Assembly: GCF_009914755.1 (NCBI RefSeq)
Contig: NC_060926.1
DNA from: the human T2T-CHM13v2.0 reference genome, Homo sapiens
Direction: 5' to 3' (one strand)
DNA: 64,000 nt
Shown here: positions 49,751 to 64,000 of the stretch, one piece after another
How the letters are laid out: every line of letters starts with the position of its first letter
Position numbering within the stretch: the first letter of the stretch is position 1
Made by a program: the position numbers and the translations under genes
Notes under the pieces: generated by a model
What the model was told of the DNA's origin: nothing
Database searches by the model: none
Seen by the model: only the letters and a program-made list of their open reading frames with translations

Positions 49751-50517
49751 GTTGGGTTGGGTTTGGATGCCTTCAGTTTAGTTCAGAACTACCACCCCAG
49801 CTCTTCCAGAACTGCACGAGGCTTGCACCATTCTGGGAAATTTGGCTGCTGCCACAGCTGAAATACTGAGCCAGACTTAGGTTATTTTATTAGTCTAGAA
49901 AGAGTATTGCGCTCTTGCAGCTGTTACTAACCATGAAAACAAAAACCATCTCGGTTACCCAGGATCCATGAGAAATTGGCAATGGCTCAGTTTAAGTCCG
50001 TGTATTTTGGACTCTGAATTATATTTATCTTCCTATGGGCATCCCCTGATTTAGGGCATACAGCTGGGGAATGGCCTGTGACTGTATGAGGCAGTGGGGG
50101 CGGGAGAGGCCAAGCCTTGGGTACCACATTCATTAGGAAGCCTGATCCAGTTAACTGAAACACGGCAGTTTCCAGAGCACAAATACTTTCAAAAAGAGTG
50201 AGGAGAGCACCAAGAAAACAATACAACCAACAGCGTGTATTAAAAACACCTGTCTCAAATATGAAATGTGGCATTTTGTTTTTGTACATTGTCACAGTAA
50301 ATATCTAGAGTCTGTCTCCTGTCATGCCAGGCCTGGTTTTTGTAGATAGTAATTTGGTGGTGATGGACATTCTTGATAAATAGGGCTTTTACAGACTATT
50401 CTGAAAATGAATCATGGGACTTGCCTTTAATTGCTAGCAGTGGCGTGTATGTGACATACTTGCTCCTGCTAATGTGTGCCAATCAGTAAGTTACTGTTTA
50501 ATTTTCTGAATTTTATG

Positions 50518-50682
50518 GGATGATGCGGTAAGAAGGCACTCCCCAGAAGTGGGCCCCTCGATCTTGGACTTCCCAGCTTCCAGAACTGTGAGCCAAATAG
50601 AAGTTTATAAACAAACTTCTATTGTTTATAAATTACCATCTCCATGATATTCTGTGACAAAAGTACAAAATGGACTAAGACA
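50518..50682 (+). mobile_element. MaLR (MST/MLT1A) LTR 3' half
   Basis: gatcttggacttcccagcttccagaactgtgag...aaaatggactaagaca. Confidence 0.75.
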
Positions 50683-51110
50683 AGGGATCTGTGAACTTGA
50701 ATGGGTGGAGAAAAACTCAACTGTATTTTCACTAACCTCTAGCCAAAATATAGCCATTGCTTCAATCATGAAAGTGGGCAACCAACCATGTAAGATCAAC
50801 AGGACATGTAACTTTGTCACATGGAAATTAACTGATTTTTGTATCATATTGTGGAAATAGTTTAAAATACATTTATGCCCATCGCTGCTTTAAAAACTGC
50901 AGTAGTTATAAAACCTGCTGCTGTGTCTTATTTATGTGTTAAGCATACTTTAGTGTATCAGGTTTGCTTTTTGAACATTTTGCTATCTGTGTTTCAATAT
51001 AATTAGTTTTCTTTGTAATAAGACTGTCTACTTAAAAATCATTCAAAAACACTCTGAGGGTACAGATTGCTGAAGCCATCCATGGAACTTAAAAGGTTAC
51101 AGATTCATGC
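50683..51110. mobile_element. hAT-Charlie DNA transposon fossil (Charlie4-like)
   Basis: ctgtgaacttgaatggg...tattttcactaacctcta... and a ccatgg..aaaaggtta end motif, from memory of the consensus. Confidence 0.5.
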
Positions 51111-52229
51111 CTTGGATATGGCACCCTTGTGTCTTTCTCATCCTCATTTGAGACTAGATTTGTTAACATTAAACCTGAATTTTTTTTTTTTTAAGTCTTA
51201 ACATATTTGGCCTTTGTTTTCTAGCATGCCTTGTCTGTGACTTTTATCATCTGGAGCTCTGGTATTCCCCTTTTGGGGCTGTTGGAGTTAATTAAAAAAT
51301 TAAGCCTTCAAGTCCAACAGAGCTTAAGGGGAAAAAAAAAAAGAGAAAAAAATAAAGCTATTGTCCTTGCCCATATGCCCTTTCTCACAGGCTTCTGTGA
51401 GACTGCTTACTGCAACCAAATGTTTATGGCCAAGAATGATTTCCTTTACAAATTCCAGAGGAGAGCGCAGTGATGCATATGCTGATGTCATTGCTTTAGC
51501 TATGGGAAGAGATGATGCTGTGTGGCTTGTATGAATTTGATTCAGCTCTCCACTGCAGTATCACTGCAGGCATATCTTGGTTTAATTTAGAACTTGATAT
51601 CCAAGGTTAAAACCTCACTAAATTTATTAGACTGTATAAAATTGCCCAGAGAAAGACATTGAGATCATCAGGCCATTTCTCACTGCATCCTGTCACCGTG
51701 TAACAAGCTTTATACAATTTATTCACAAGAAATGAGGCAGTTTTCCGGGTTTTTCATGAATACCATAGTTGCTAACTTCTGGGTAAGTGTTAGGAATAGG
51801 GGCAGCATTGTTTGTATGACACAAAGGTGTCTGTCTCCCCAAATCCTCCATATTGGCATTGTAGCCCACCTCCCAGGGTTCTCCCCCTGTGGGCTAATGA
51901 ACTCAAGAGCTTGCTCATTTTGGCATGTGTTCTGTTGCATGGTGCCTCCAGGTCACACATGGACAGCACTGTAGTTTGAAATAACTGATAACTCGAGGGA
52001 CTGTACTGTAGATGTCTCTCAGTGGAGGCAGGTGTTTTTGTTTTTTTCAGGATAGATTTGCAGCATGGGATGCTGCTCTAGGAGTGAAGTGTGTGTGAGC
52101 CGTGTGTATGTTTGGCCAAAGCCGATTTATCTTTTCCACCTGTTGAGCAGCTTTGCCTTTGACTCTCACCACTCCCTGGGGGCTGGTCTCTCTTCTTTTC
52201 AACTGAAAGGAGGCCTGGTAGACTGACTG

Positions 52230-52425
52230 CATGGTCAGGCTGGGGATCAAGACTGCCTGGATGCACACTGAGTTGTGTGACCCTGGGCAAGTCACTAGCT
52301 TGTCTGTGCCTTTGTGGAATGGAGATTAACAGTACCTTCCTCAGACGGTGGTTGTGAGGATTTAATCAGTATATGCATGGTAAGTGCTTAGAACAGGGCC
52401 AGGCATATGGATAGTGGTAAATAAG
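52230..52425 (+). mobile_element. MIR SINE
   Basis: tgtgtgaccctgggcaagtcact...ggttgtgaggattta...aagtgcttagaacag. Confidence 0.75.
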
Positions 52426-53923
52426 GGGTGCTGGCTGCACATTAGAATCACCTGGTGGGTGATTCTAATCACCCTGCGTGGGTATTGAGAACTCCAATCC
52501 TAATGAAATTAGGGCCTGGGGAGGTTATAACCTTGTTCAGCAAGTGGAGGAGCGTTTTTGATGTCTTATATTCTGGGCATTAAGTGAAAGATCCATCTGT
52601 CAGCTACATAAGCAAGAGATCATTCTGTGATGAATAGCTGCCTTTCACAGGCATCTTTGAGGCTGTCTGACCCTTCACTTTGAGGCCAGATCCAGTGCAA
52701 TTTAAAAATTTTAATTTCCTTAGGTTTATAATACCAAATTTCATTCAGCTGGCATTGATTGAGTGCCTTTTAACACTTTTTGAAAATGTCCTCAAGGTCT
52801 CTTTTCATAGTAAAAGCTTATCACGCATACAGTGGCCTCCTCTGAGGGGTTCCTTTTTCATCTGTGATGATGGTTTATTGTGTACTGTGCTTACAGTGGT
52901 CTTAGGAACAAGAAAGTTTCCCCCTTAAAAATTATAATGCCTACAGGTGGAAGAGACCTGAAATTATCCAGTCCAGCAGGAAAGGGAACAGTATTCTTGG
53001 TGAAATAACAACTTGTCCAGAATCACTTTGTATACATAATGCCTCTACCTGTATTCTGGGAGTTGCGATTGCACATCAGGAAGGTGGGCAGTGTAAGTTG
53101 GGGATTGTAGCTCTGTTGTATGACACAAGTGGGAAACAACAGGAAGGAGAAAGGAAAAGAGAATGTAATTCTGAGTGTGGTTGTTGTGGAGCTAACTGTC
53201 ATAAGGAGGATTGGGACTTGGGTTTCCGGTTGCCCTAAACCTTACACAAAGAAAGACTCTATGGCCCTAGCCACGCCTTCTACTGAGTTATGTGAGAGGA
53301 GGAGACCACGATCAGACTGTGGTTCATACTCAAACCCTAGGTGGTTCTCCAGGAGCTTTTTAGCTGCATGGCTACTGGGTCCCTGAGGTGATGCTGGTAT
53401 CCATAACTGCTACACTTTCATCCTCATGCAAAGCCTCCCTTTCTTTGAGGCGTGTATTCTGTGCTGTCCTGATCACCTCCCTATTCCCCCTACCCTCAGT
53501 TCATTGAGGACTTTGGAGGCAGCTATTCAGTGCCTGAGCTTTCAAGTCAGGCCTGGGTTCACATCACAGATTTGCCTTTACTAATCCTGTGGGCTTTATC
53601 ATTGTCTGGAATTGTTCCACATCCAAATTTTAAAAATTCTTTAAAAAGAACCAGACTCTTTCAACTTCCTCATTCATTTATTCCGACTGTGTTTGTTCTT
53701 TGATCTCTTTGAGACACCATACTTTTTCTCTCTGGCTATCCTACCTCTCAGGGCTTCATTCCCTTCCTGACCAGCCTTGATTTCACAGCACACCACTCTG
53801 AGCACTCCTGTACTGGCCCCTGCACTGTGAACTCCTGATCATTGATCAGATCCTGCATTCTCTGGACCATCCCTGGATGGTTCTTGGGGCTGAGAGTCAG
53901 AGAAGGGAATTGCACAGCATAGC

Positions 53924-55065
<1,142 letters not shown>

Positions 55066-55154
55066 GGATAGGAGCAGTTTCATAATCGGGTGTTATGGCC
55101 TGGTCTGCAGCCTAGTTTGGATGATCAGAGCTGTTCAGCTGTCCGTTTTATTGT

Positions 55155-55267
55155 TTTTGGTTTTTCTGAGAATCTCCTTCTGTTGCCCAGGCTGGTCTCA
55201 AAGGCCTGGGCTCAAACGATCCTCCCAAAGTGCTGGGATTACAGGCGTGAGCCACCATGCCCAGCCA
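55155..55267 (-). mobile_element. Alu left-monomer fragment
   Basis: gttgcccaggctggtctca...cccaaagtgctgggattacaggcgtgagccacc. Confidence 0.8.
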
Positions 55268-57275
55268 GCTGTCCTTTTAATCTCTTACTTGCCTTCCTCT
55301 CATCTACAGGGCTATCCTGAACCTTCACTGCACCTCTTACCTTGTTTTTACCTTGTAGACAAAATGGAGGCATGAATGTTTTTAGCTTCCTGCTCATGTT
55401 TGTCCACATGTTGTCTTCCTCCTCTGTCAGTTGTACTTGCCTTTGTGTCCCTTGTTGTTTGGCACAGGGTAGCAACGTACAAATGTATGTCGAATGAAAA
55501 CCTGCAATTGCTAACCCAACACTCATTCCTTAATTGGAAAATTAGGTTGTAACCCAATTTCTGCCACTTGCTGGTCCAGGAGAGCCAGGGCAAGTTTCTC
55601 CATTGCTCATAGCCTGTAGAAGGATATTAATTTTACTTAAAGTTATTAAAGGATAACAGTCTGTTTTTAGGTACAATAATTCCCTTTGAAAATTATAGAT
55701 TAAAATTATGTTTCTCCACAACCATTCATTGATGTTGAAATTGGAAAACAAATACTTTGCTGGGGTGGGGAGCAAGGCAGGGTCTGACCATTCAGAGGCC
55801 CAAAGCCTGGTGAAGGAAGCAGGTGTATAAACAATTAAAATAAGATGAAGAAGGCTTCAAAGATGAGGTGATTCTGTGGTGTGTTTTGAAGTGGGTGGGC
55901 TTATGAAATTCTTTTGCTTTCTCTAATATATCTAAACATCTATGTAAATACCTGGATGATATACAGTACTAGTGACAATATTGGAGTTTTGTCTTCTAGT
56001 TAGCCGTGTTTTGCTGCTGTGGTAGGGAGGTAAGTCTCAGCTAGGGAGCACTCAGGTGACAGGGAAATGAAGACAGGGAACTCCTGCCTGTAAGTGAGCA
56101 GGAGCTCTCTGCAAGACTGAGCTCTGCCTTGCACAGTAGCCATTGGCCTGGGAGACATCATGATTATTGCTGGAAATGCTGCCCTTTCTGAACCCTTCCT
56201 TTTTTTGAAGGAGAGTGTATTGATTTCAGATTTTTGGCTACTGTCTTTGCACTTATCCCTTCTGTGTGCCTATTTGAAATACCCAAATAAAACCTACCTG
56301 CAGCCAGTGCTTCTGAAAGCCTGTTATTTGAACAGATCTTACTATGTTAAATGTGCACTTCTTCATGTATACACCAAATTATTTTGACCATAAAGTTGGG
56401 AATTAGTACTTGGTACCAGAATTCTTAAATTATTAGTCCAAACTCCTTGTTGGAAGAGAATTGCCGTTGATTTTGATTTCCCTTCCATAATAACCCTGCC
56501 ACTCATTTAAAGACTTTTTTTTAGTGTTTGTTGTGTGTAAGGTACATTGCTAGATGCCATGGGGGATTTGTGGAGTTCAACATTTTTCACCATAATTTTG
56601 ATCTATCATCATATTAGAACAAGGCAGGATGTAGAATTAGAGAAAACATATCTTTTGACCATTGTGGCCTGAGAAGGCTTTATGGAAGAAATGGTGTTAG
56701 AATTTGGATTGAACAAATCCCTTTACAGGTATATGAAGATGGCTCTTGTACTTAGAAGGAAGCAACTTCTTTATCGTCTCCTCCAAAAGTGAAATTTTCT
56801 TTCTGCCAAGTACTTATCAAAATACTAATTTTCTAGTAACTTGAAATACTGGCTAAGGTAAGGTGTTTTGTTTGTTTGTTTGTTTGTTTGTTTTGGTAGA
56901 AACTCTTCCTGAAACAACCTGTATGAATGTACAGAATATTTTAAATATAGGTGGAAGGTGATTTCACCACAATAGTTTCCACTTAATTTTGGTGCATCAG
57001 AACTTAAGCATTTGATTTCCAATTTCATGCCCAGAACTCTTTTAAATTCATATTACTTGTGACTGTAAATTTACTATGCTTTTTAATAACTTATACTTAA
57101 ATCTGAAGTGTTTTTGCTTAGGACAAAACTATAAAGAATAGAATAGTAGAATAGAGGTTCAGCTTGTAGAATGGGTTGTTGAATAAAGAATGAATGACTG
57201 GATCTATGTGTCTTAGAGAATAAATTATAGTTTAATGTCATATTTTCCAGCTATGCAAATTAAGAAAAACCAGAC

Positions 57276-57587
<312 letters not shown>

Positions 57588-57940
57588 AAGAACCAAAGGC
57601 CAATTCTTTACTTATCACAATTATTTACGGGTTGTTCTAGCCATCCCCCGCACCCTGACACACTTTTCTGGATGAAGCATCTGGATCCTGGAGAAGTTCC
57701 GTTAGTTGTTTCCAGTCATATTGGCAAGGTCTCTGTCAATTCCTAGGATTTCTCTACTAAAGTGAGGGAAAGTGTGAGAGAAATCTTGGAATGTCAAAAA
57801 CTCATCAAGGGCTGGTTTTTCCCAGCCTCCTAGGATCTCCTAGGAGTGATGAGACATGGCTCTTGCTTTCAGGAAATTTCTGTGTACAGGGTTTTCCATG
57901 AGTTTCTAGATAACAGCCAGTGTACCATCTAGCAGACCTC

Positions 57941-57942
<2 letters not shown>

Positions 57943-57994
<52 letters not shown>
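57943..57994. repeat. (TG)26 microsatellite followed by T9 and T12 tracts
   Basis: Read directly. Confidence 0.97.
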
Positions 57995-57995
<1 letters not shown>

Positions 57996-58080
57996 TTTTT
58001 TTTTGTTGTTGTTTTTTTTTTTTGGTCTCTTACGCTTTGTTTTTTCTTATTTGCTTTAGTCTGTATTATTTATTTTGTAG

Positions 58081-58176
58081 GCTGCTTCAGACTCCCTGCT
58101 ACCACCACCACTTTCTTGTTGCTAATATGAAGAACAGTTCTAAAGGTGTTATACAGAAGGCATGACTGTTAGTTAC
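58081..58176 (+). other. Candidate 96-nt cassette/cryptic 5'UTR exon
   Basis: Acceptor ttattttgtag|G after ~85 nt of T-rich tract; donor tac|GTGAGT. Confidence 0.5.
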
Positions 58177-59323
58177 GTGAGTCAGACTAACTACGTTTTA
58201 AGAACTTTTCAAGCTTCTAACACAGAGGATGTTTTTGATGCTTCTTTGAAGCAAAGAAGAAAAATGTCTTAATTAAGTGTACCTTAGTTTACAGTGTTTC
58301 ACTTGTAAATGTTGCTACTCTGGCTTTATTATTTTTGACAAAAGCAGCATCTTCAGAGAATTTTGCTTTGAGGCCAGGTGGATAGTTTGATGGGAGAAGC
58401 CCCTTCATTAGAGCGTGCACAGAGTATGTGTGTTTAGGTATTTGGGGTAACTGGACTGAGGTTTTAAGGTTAATTCAGATGTGGATATGAAGAGATATTG
58501 CTAAATGCAGCATTTTCCTCCCTAATATCTCATTGTCTGATGTCACATGGATTTAACTGAATTTTCTTGCATTCCTTGCAAGTGTGAATATATAGGAATA
58601 TTCTTTGTCAATTATAAACTGCTATAAATGTTTGTTAATTGCTTGATTTGGAGGAAATCTTACATCTGTATTCATTGCAGCCTGTCAACAAATACTGAGA
58701 ACAGGGTGGGTGCGAAGCCTGTGTTCTGGCTTCTGTTTGTATCTGTTAAAGAATAAACATAGTCCCTGCCCTCAGCTCTCAGATTCGACTTGAAATTGTG
58801 TAAATAGGCAGTATGGCACTCCAGAAGAGAAACGTTTTACTGCTAGTACTCTTCTATGATCTCAGACAAGGTGGTCATGGTTCTGATATTGCCATTGTGA
58901 TTACAGACTGAAATAGATTTTGTCTTGTTTTGGAATCATCTTACTATTTTGTCTAGGGTGTTTTTTGTTATATTTTATATGCCAACACAACATGCTGTGC
59001 AGAATTCAAATACATAATGTAGAGAGGTTGTGCCTGTCCCCAAAGACTTGGTGTGCTGAAGGAGAAATACCAGAAGTAAAAGTAAGCTTTTGATAGTCTA
59101 TTTAACTTCTGGGGGGCTTAAAAGAAGAATATGTGACATTTGGAAAACTTACATGTTGAATGATAGTAGAAATTTAGGTGACTTCAGGCCATTGGCCCTC
59201 TCAGAGTAATGTTACCTATTCACCTTTTCTCCTCAATGAACGTTACAGGAAATTTACTTCTATTATTCAGTTTTAGTTGTAGTAACTTTTAGTTGTAGTA
59301 ACAAAGAGGCTGGTCTTTCCTTT

Positions 59324-59814
59324 TGTTGGGGCTCAGGACAGGATACCCCCCAATATGGCACCTTGGCATATAAGAGAAACTGCAGAAGAAAGGAGGTCCC
59401 TCTGACCTCCCCTTGCCTTTCTCCCCTGAAGCATGGTCATCAAGGAATTCTCTGACCTATCTCACCTGACAGTGAGTTATAAGACTCTCATTCCAGAGAG
59501 GTCCTGCCCTGTACCCAGAGGACAAGAAGAATCTGGACAAGCAGGCCTTGCTAAGGGCCCCCACCCCAATTATTAGGCCTCATTCCCTTTTTGTTCAATC
59601 ATGCTTCTACGTGGCTGTCCATTCTTCATTGTACTTAAGCGTAAAAATTCAAGTTTCCTAAGTCTCTGGATCCTCATTTCTGAAGGCTCTTGTGTCATGC
59701 AAAACTTTGGTTGAATAAATTTGTTATGCCTTTCTCTTGTTAATCTTTTTGTTATAGGGGTGTCAGCCATGAACTTTGCCATGGGTGAGGAAAAGATACC
59801 TTTTCTCCCCTACA
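59324..59814 (+). mobile_element. Solo LTR MER31-type (ERV1)
   Basis: tgttggggctcaggac...AATAAA 59714-59719...tgggtgaggaaaagata...cccctaca; TSD cttt/ctct. Confidence 0.78.
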
Positions 59815-60019
59815 CTCTCTTCCTCAAAAATATATAATGGAAAGAAATGACATCTGACGTTCTTCACATTTTCAAAGACTTATTCTTAAGTATTTGAGTT
59901 CAACAGTACCTTTGTTCTACTTGCTGTCATAGAGGCTAAGGTTTTATGGGGCAGAACTTGAGGGATTGTTTGGTCAGTATTTGAGTTATACCTGTGCCTT
60001 TGGTCTATAATATAAAGTA

Positions 60020-60370
<351 letters not shown>

Positions 60371-60749
60371 TTATGTTTTATCCTATGATACTTATCCATA
60401 AGTACTTCCTTACCATACAGTATGTTGGGCTTGTCATTTAATCTGCTGAGTCTGAATTACTGTGTCAGAAAGGCTGGTTTGCATCATTTCTATTTGGTTC
60501 AAGTGCATGACAGCTCAGTGTTCACCCTTTTAGGGGAAAAATGACAGTAGTTGAAGTTGCTACTGGAAGGGAAGTGTGATGATGCAGAAGAGGAGAGCCT
60601 GCTGGCTGCCTACACAGGTGGGCTTCAAGGTGCCATTTCCATTGAGGAATTTACCACTGCCTTCTCTTTGGTCCTCAGAAACTCAATATTCTCCATGTCT
60701 TAAATGGATGAGACTGGGCAAAGTGACTCCCTTTAAGAAAGCAAAGCTC

Positions 60750-61036
60750 GGCCGGGCGCGGTGGCTCACGCCTGTAATCCCAGCACTTTGGGAGGCCGAG
60801 GCGGGTGGATCATGAGGTCAGGAGATCGAGACCATCCTGGCTAACAAGGTGAAACCCCGTCTCTACTAAAAATACAAAAAATTAGCCGGGCGCGGTGGTG
60901 GGTGCCTGTAGTCCCAGCTACTCAGGAGGCTGAGGCAGGAGAATGGCGTGAACCCGGGAAGCGGAGCTTGCAGTGAGCCGAGATTGCACCACTGCAGTCC
61001 GCAGTCCGGCCTGGGCGACAGAGCGAGACTCCGTCT

Positions 61037-61079
<43 letters not shown>
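60750..61079 (+). mobile_element. AluYb8 (human-specific)
   Basis: Diagnostic 7-nt duplication gcagtccgcagtcc, ggatcatgagg, ctaacaagg, gggaagcgg; A42 tail; perfect 15-bp TSD aagaaagcaaagctc; TT/AAGA endonuclease site. Confidence 0.97.
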
Positions 61080-61081
<2 letters not shown>

Positions 61082-62634
61082 AAGCAAAGCTCATGAGAGC
61101 TTTTGTTTAAAGCTGGAGTACCGATTTGTTAATTTATTCTCAGAATTGTCTGTCAGCAAGCCAGACAGTTGTGTGAACTGGACCAGCACACTCTCTCCCT
61201 ACTATTTGCAGACTAAGAAAGGAGCCAAATTACGAGGTGTCTCTCAGTGTGAACAGAACCAGAACAAGAAGTAGTTGTATCATGCCAATGTGTGACAGCA
61301 CCTAGCTCCAACAGCCCAATGTGTCCATTTCCAGAATTGGATATAGGGGTATGTGTTTATAAGTGTGCAGATACCAGATAGTCTTCTCTGGAGTGTACTG
61401 TCATTATTGGCCCCTAGGGTCTATTCCTATAAATGCTATTTGTGACCATCCCCCTTTCAGTGGGCATAGCCTGTATGTCCATTGGTGACTGTTAAGTTCC
61501 AGTTATGGGTTTAAGGCCAGAGACGATTGAAACTTCCAGGTGACTTTGTATAGCTCCACTCTGATCTGTGTTAGTTTCAGAATTTAACTTGCTGGGAAGA
61601 CTTACTTTTTTCCTTTCCAGTCTGGGGGAGGGGAGGATGGTTCCTTATTTTTGCACTCAGGTATAATCAGTTAAAGTTGCTCCAGGTCGCAGTTTGAATA
61701 GCTTTTTTAAGAATATAAAATTTAAGCTATTTACCTCGAGTTGCTATTTATGGAGGAAAACAGGAACTGGAAGAAATACTATAGCAGATATTTGATAGCC
61801 TCTTTCACTTAAGACCACTGATGTGGAAGGTATGTCTATCCTGAAAATAGCTGAGTGCCCCAAAATAGGAAAACAGGGTGTCTGGGATGAGATACCAGAG
61901 TCAGTGTCACCTAGTCCTTGCCCCGTGTGATGCCTATTCTGAGTGGCCTGGTAGGTGTACTGCCAACTGGTGATGACCTGGGTGATTAATCGGGAGCAGC
62001 TCATGGATGTGGTGGGGCCTGAGCTTGGTCAATGATCCAGGTAAACACACGGCTCTGGAAGAGTTCACCAAGGCTTGGTGCAAGGGACCTTGCATGAGCT
62101 TCGGTGGCATGGCTCTGTCAGTATTTTTCTCTTATTTTTTAGGTAGTTTTTGCTAAATTATAAACCCCAAAGTTGGTTGGTTGAAGAATATGTCTGTGTT
62201 TACCTATCTATTTATTATTAACTTTTACTACCATTTTTTTATACTACAGTGTTTTTCATTGTTTCTCTGAAGTGTGCTTGTTAAGAGAAGTTTGTGTTTT
62301 CCATCGGTTCCATATGGAAACTATTGCTGCCTTCCAACTTTAGTGTTTGCCCTTTAGGTGAAACCTAAATTTTTTCACCAGGGTTTATTCAAGCAGCATT
62401 TTCAAAAACAGAATTAGGCTCTAAGCCATGCCCCTTCAGTATGTAAAACTTGTGTGTAAGATGATTTTACTCTGATAACCTTCAGTATGGCTTTTTCCAA
62501 ATTCTGCCTAAGATACTATCTTTCTAGTATCACTCAGTTTTGTTTGATTGTTGTTGCCCAAAGCTTTCATTGATCTGTGAGGAGAGACCGGCCTGGTGGA
62601 GGGGAGGAAGGTGGTCCTGCTGGGCTGCTGCAGA

Positions 62635-62762
62635 TTTGGATTCTGGCCCTGCTGTTAATTAGCTTCGTGACCCCTGGCAAGCCAGCCTCCCTGGGTCTCT
62701 GTTTCTTCATCAGTAAAACAAAAGGCTTGGGAAAACAAATACAGGCTTGGACCAAATGATAA
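62635..62762 (+). mobile_element. MIR fragment
   Basis: gtgacccctggcaagcc...ctctgtttcttcatcagtaaaa. Confidence 0.6.
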
Positions 62763-63995
62763 GAAAGGTCACCCTGCCTTTTTATGTTGTGTGATTCTAT
62801 GAATGGCAACACATTGGGATTCCTTACCCTTCTCAACGGGTGCCACAAAACTTCTGCTTACTCTGGGGGCTGAGAGGTGGTGTGTGGTGTGTTACACTGA
62901 GGCCATTTGAGGCATTTGTGCTAACTAGGCAGATGTGGGAGCCCTCCTACATAGGAGTTTCTCCCTCCTTGCCTCCCTTCCTCTGCTCCCTTCCCCGTCC
63001 TCATTCCTCCCCTCCCCACCCCTTTTCTTGCCTGTTCAATAGAGACCTGCTTGCCTTCTACTTCCCTTAGTGCATTAATAAAGGTGTGATGGTAACACAA
63101 CCCACTAAGATTGGTTACCATCTGGGGTTGTTCAGCCATCTCATCTGAGTTAGCAGTGGGGAGAGAGAGCTTAAAGGAGACTGGCTTCATGATGAAATAA
63201 TGGTCCTTTTGTCTGTCTCTTGCTGTAGAGATGGTTTCATGTTTCATCTTAGACCTGGGCCATTGTGTTTTTACAAGCTCAGTACAACCCTGCTTAAAGA
63301 TACAGCCTTTTCTTTAAAGGATCTGGCCGTAGTGCCACAGGCCTGTTCTACTTACTTCCCTTCCCCACCCCAAAGTTATAACTTCCTATATATTGTAAAA
63401 ACCCACTGTGGTGTGTGCTGTTTAATTGGGTTCTCTGATCAGGGTTAAAATGTGTTCCCACTGTATTTATTTTGCAAATGTTTATAAGATATGCCTCATT
63501 TCATAACCTTCCAAAATGTTTTCCTTGTGATTATATAATTAGTAACACCTGTAAAACATTGCCTTTAACCATGTAGCTTCTTTCATTATCTTTTTGATTT
63601 CATGTTCTAGTGCCGCCTTTTGATGAACTGGGATTGGGAAACTGTGCCAAATATCTTGCAGTACTGTACCCAGGTTTAGCCTCATAACCTTAATTAGATG
63701 TGGAATGCTGAGAATGCACTATTGTTTTTTTTTTTTTTTTAGCTTTTCTAACAACAGTGAACTTCTGAGCACTTCATTAAAAGTTATAGAACATTCCTTG
63801 TGTCTTCAGCATTTAGTTTCCCACCATAGTTTATTCAAAGAAAATTAATGTAAGGCTTAGGGTACCTTAATATTAAGCGGTCTGTTTGTTTGAACACAAG
63901 TTACCTCTTTTGTCAAGACACAAGTTATATTCCAACTTTCAATGTTTAATTCCTCTTCTCTCTGTTTCTTTTCTCCTTAGAAACAAGTGTTGAAA

Positions 63996-64000
63996 ATGTT
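63996..64000 (+). CDS. TANC1: Start of host CDS (exon begins at 63981, 15 nt 5'UTR, ATG-TT = Met-Leu); truncated by the window edge
   Basis: cttag|aaacaagtgttgaaaATGtt; TANC1 starts MLKAVLKK from memory. Only 5 coding nt are visible. Confidence 0.7.

Noticed and set aside
57827-57846. ctcctagga-tc-tcctaggag inverted/direct repeat
   Set aside because: Tandem duplication of a palindromic 8-mer; too short to support a function.

Overview
Human genomic DNA (a human-specific AluYb8 is present). It is almost entirely one long, repeat-rich intron read on the + strand. The last 20 nt are a polypyrimidine/AG acceptor (63980), 15 nt of 5'UTR and ATG-TT (Met-Leu). Together with the BTF3L4, U6 and GSTM3 retrocopies, this fits my recollection of the TANC1 5'UTR intron and first coding exon on chr2q24 (recall, not a database match). 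The window holds three retro-pseudogenes, a near full-length antisense L1PA5/6, a complete THE1C nested in an MLT1 LTR, solo LTRs (MER9, MER4A1, MER31), Tigger3/MER5/Charlie fossils, ~25 Alus and microsatellites. Lead hypothesis: the L1 antisense-promoter ORF0 is intact (87 aa) and contains a phase-0 splice donor that would join it in frame to the host ATG exon. The L1 antisense poly(A) site is also intact, giving a gene-breaking layout. Second lead: a 96-nt candidate cassette exon behind a (TG)26/poly-T tract, a TDP-43-type arrangement, carrying a uORF and an overlapping in-frame ATG. Neither has expression evidence here. Repeat subfamily names are from memory of consensus sequences, and edges of old repeats are approximate.
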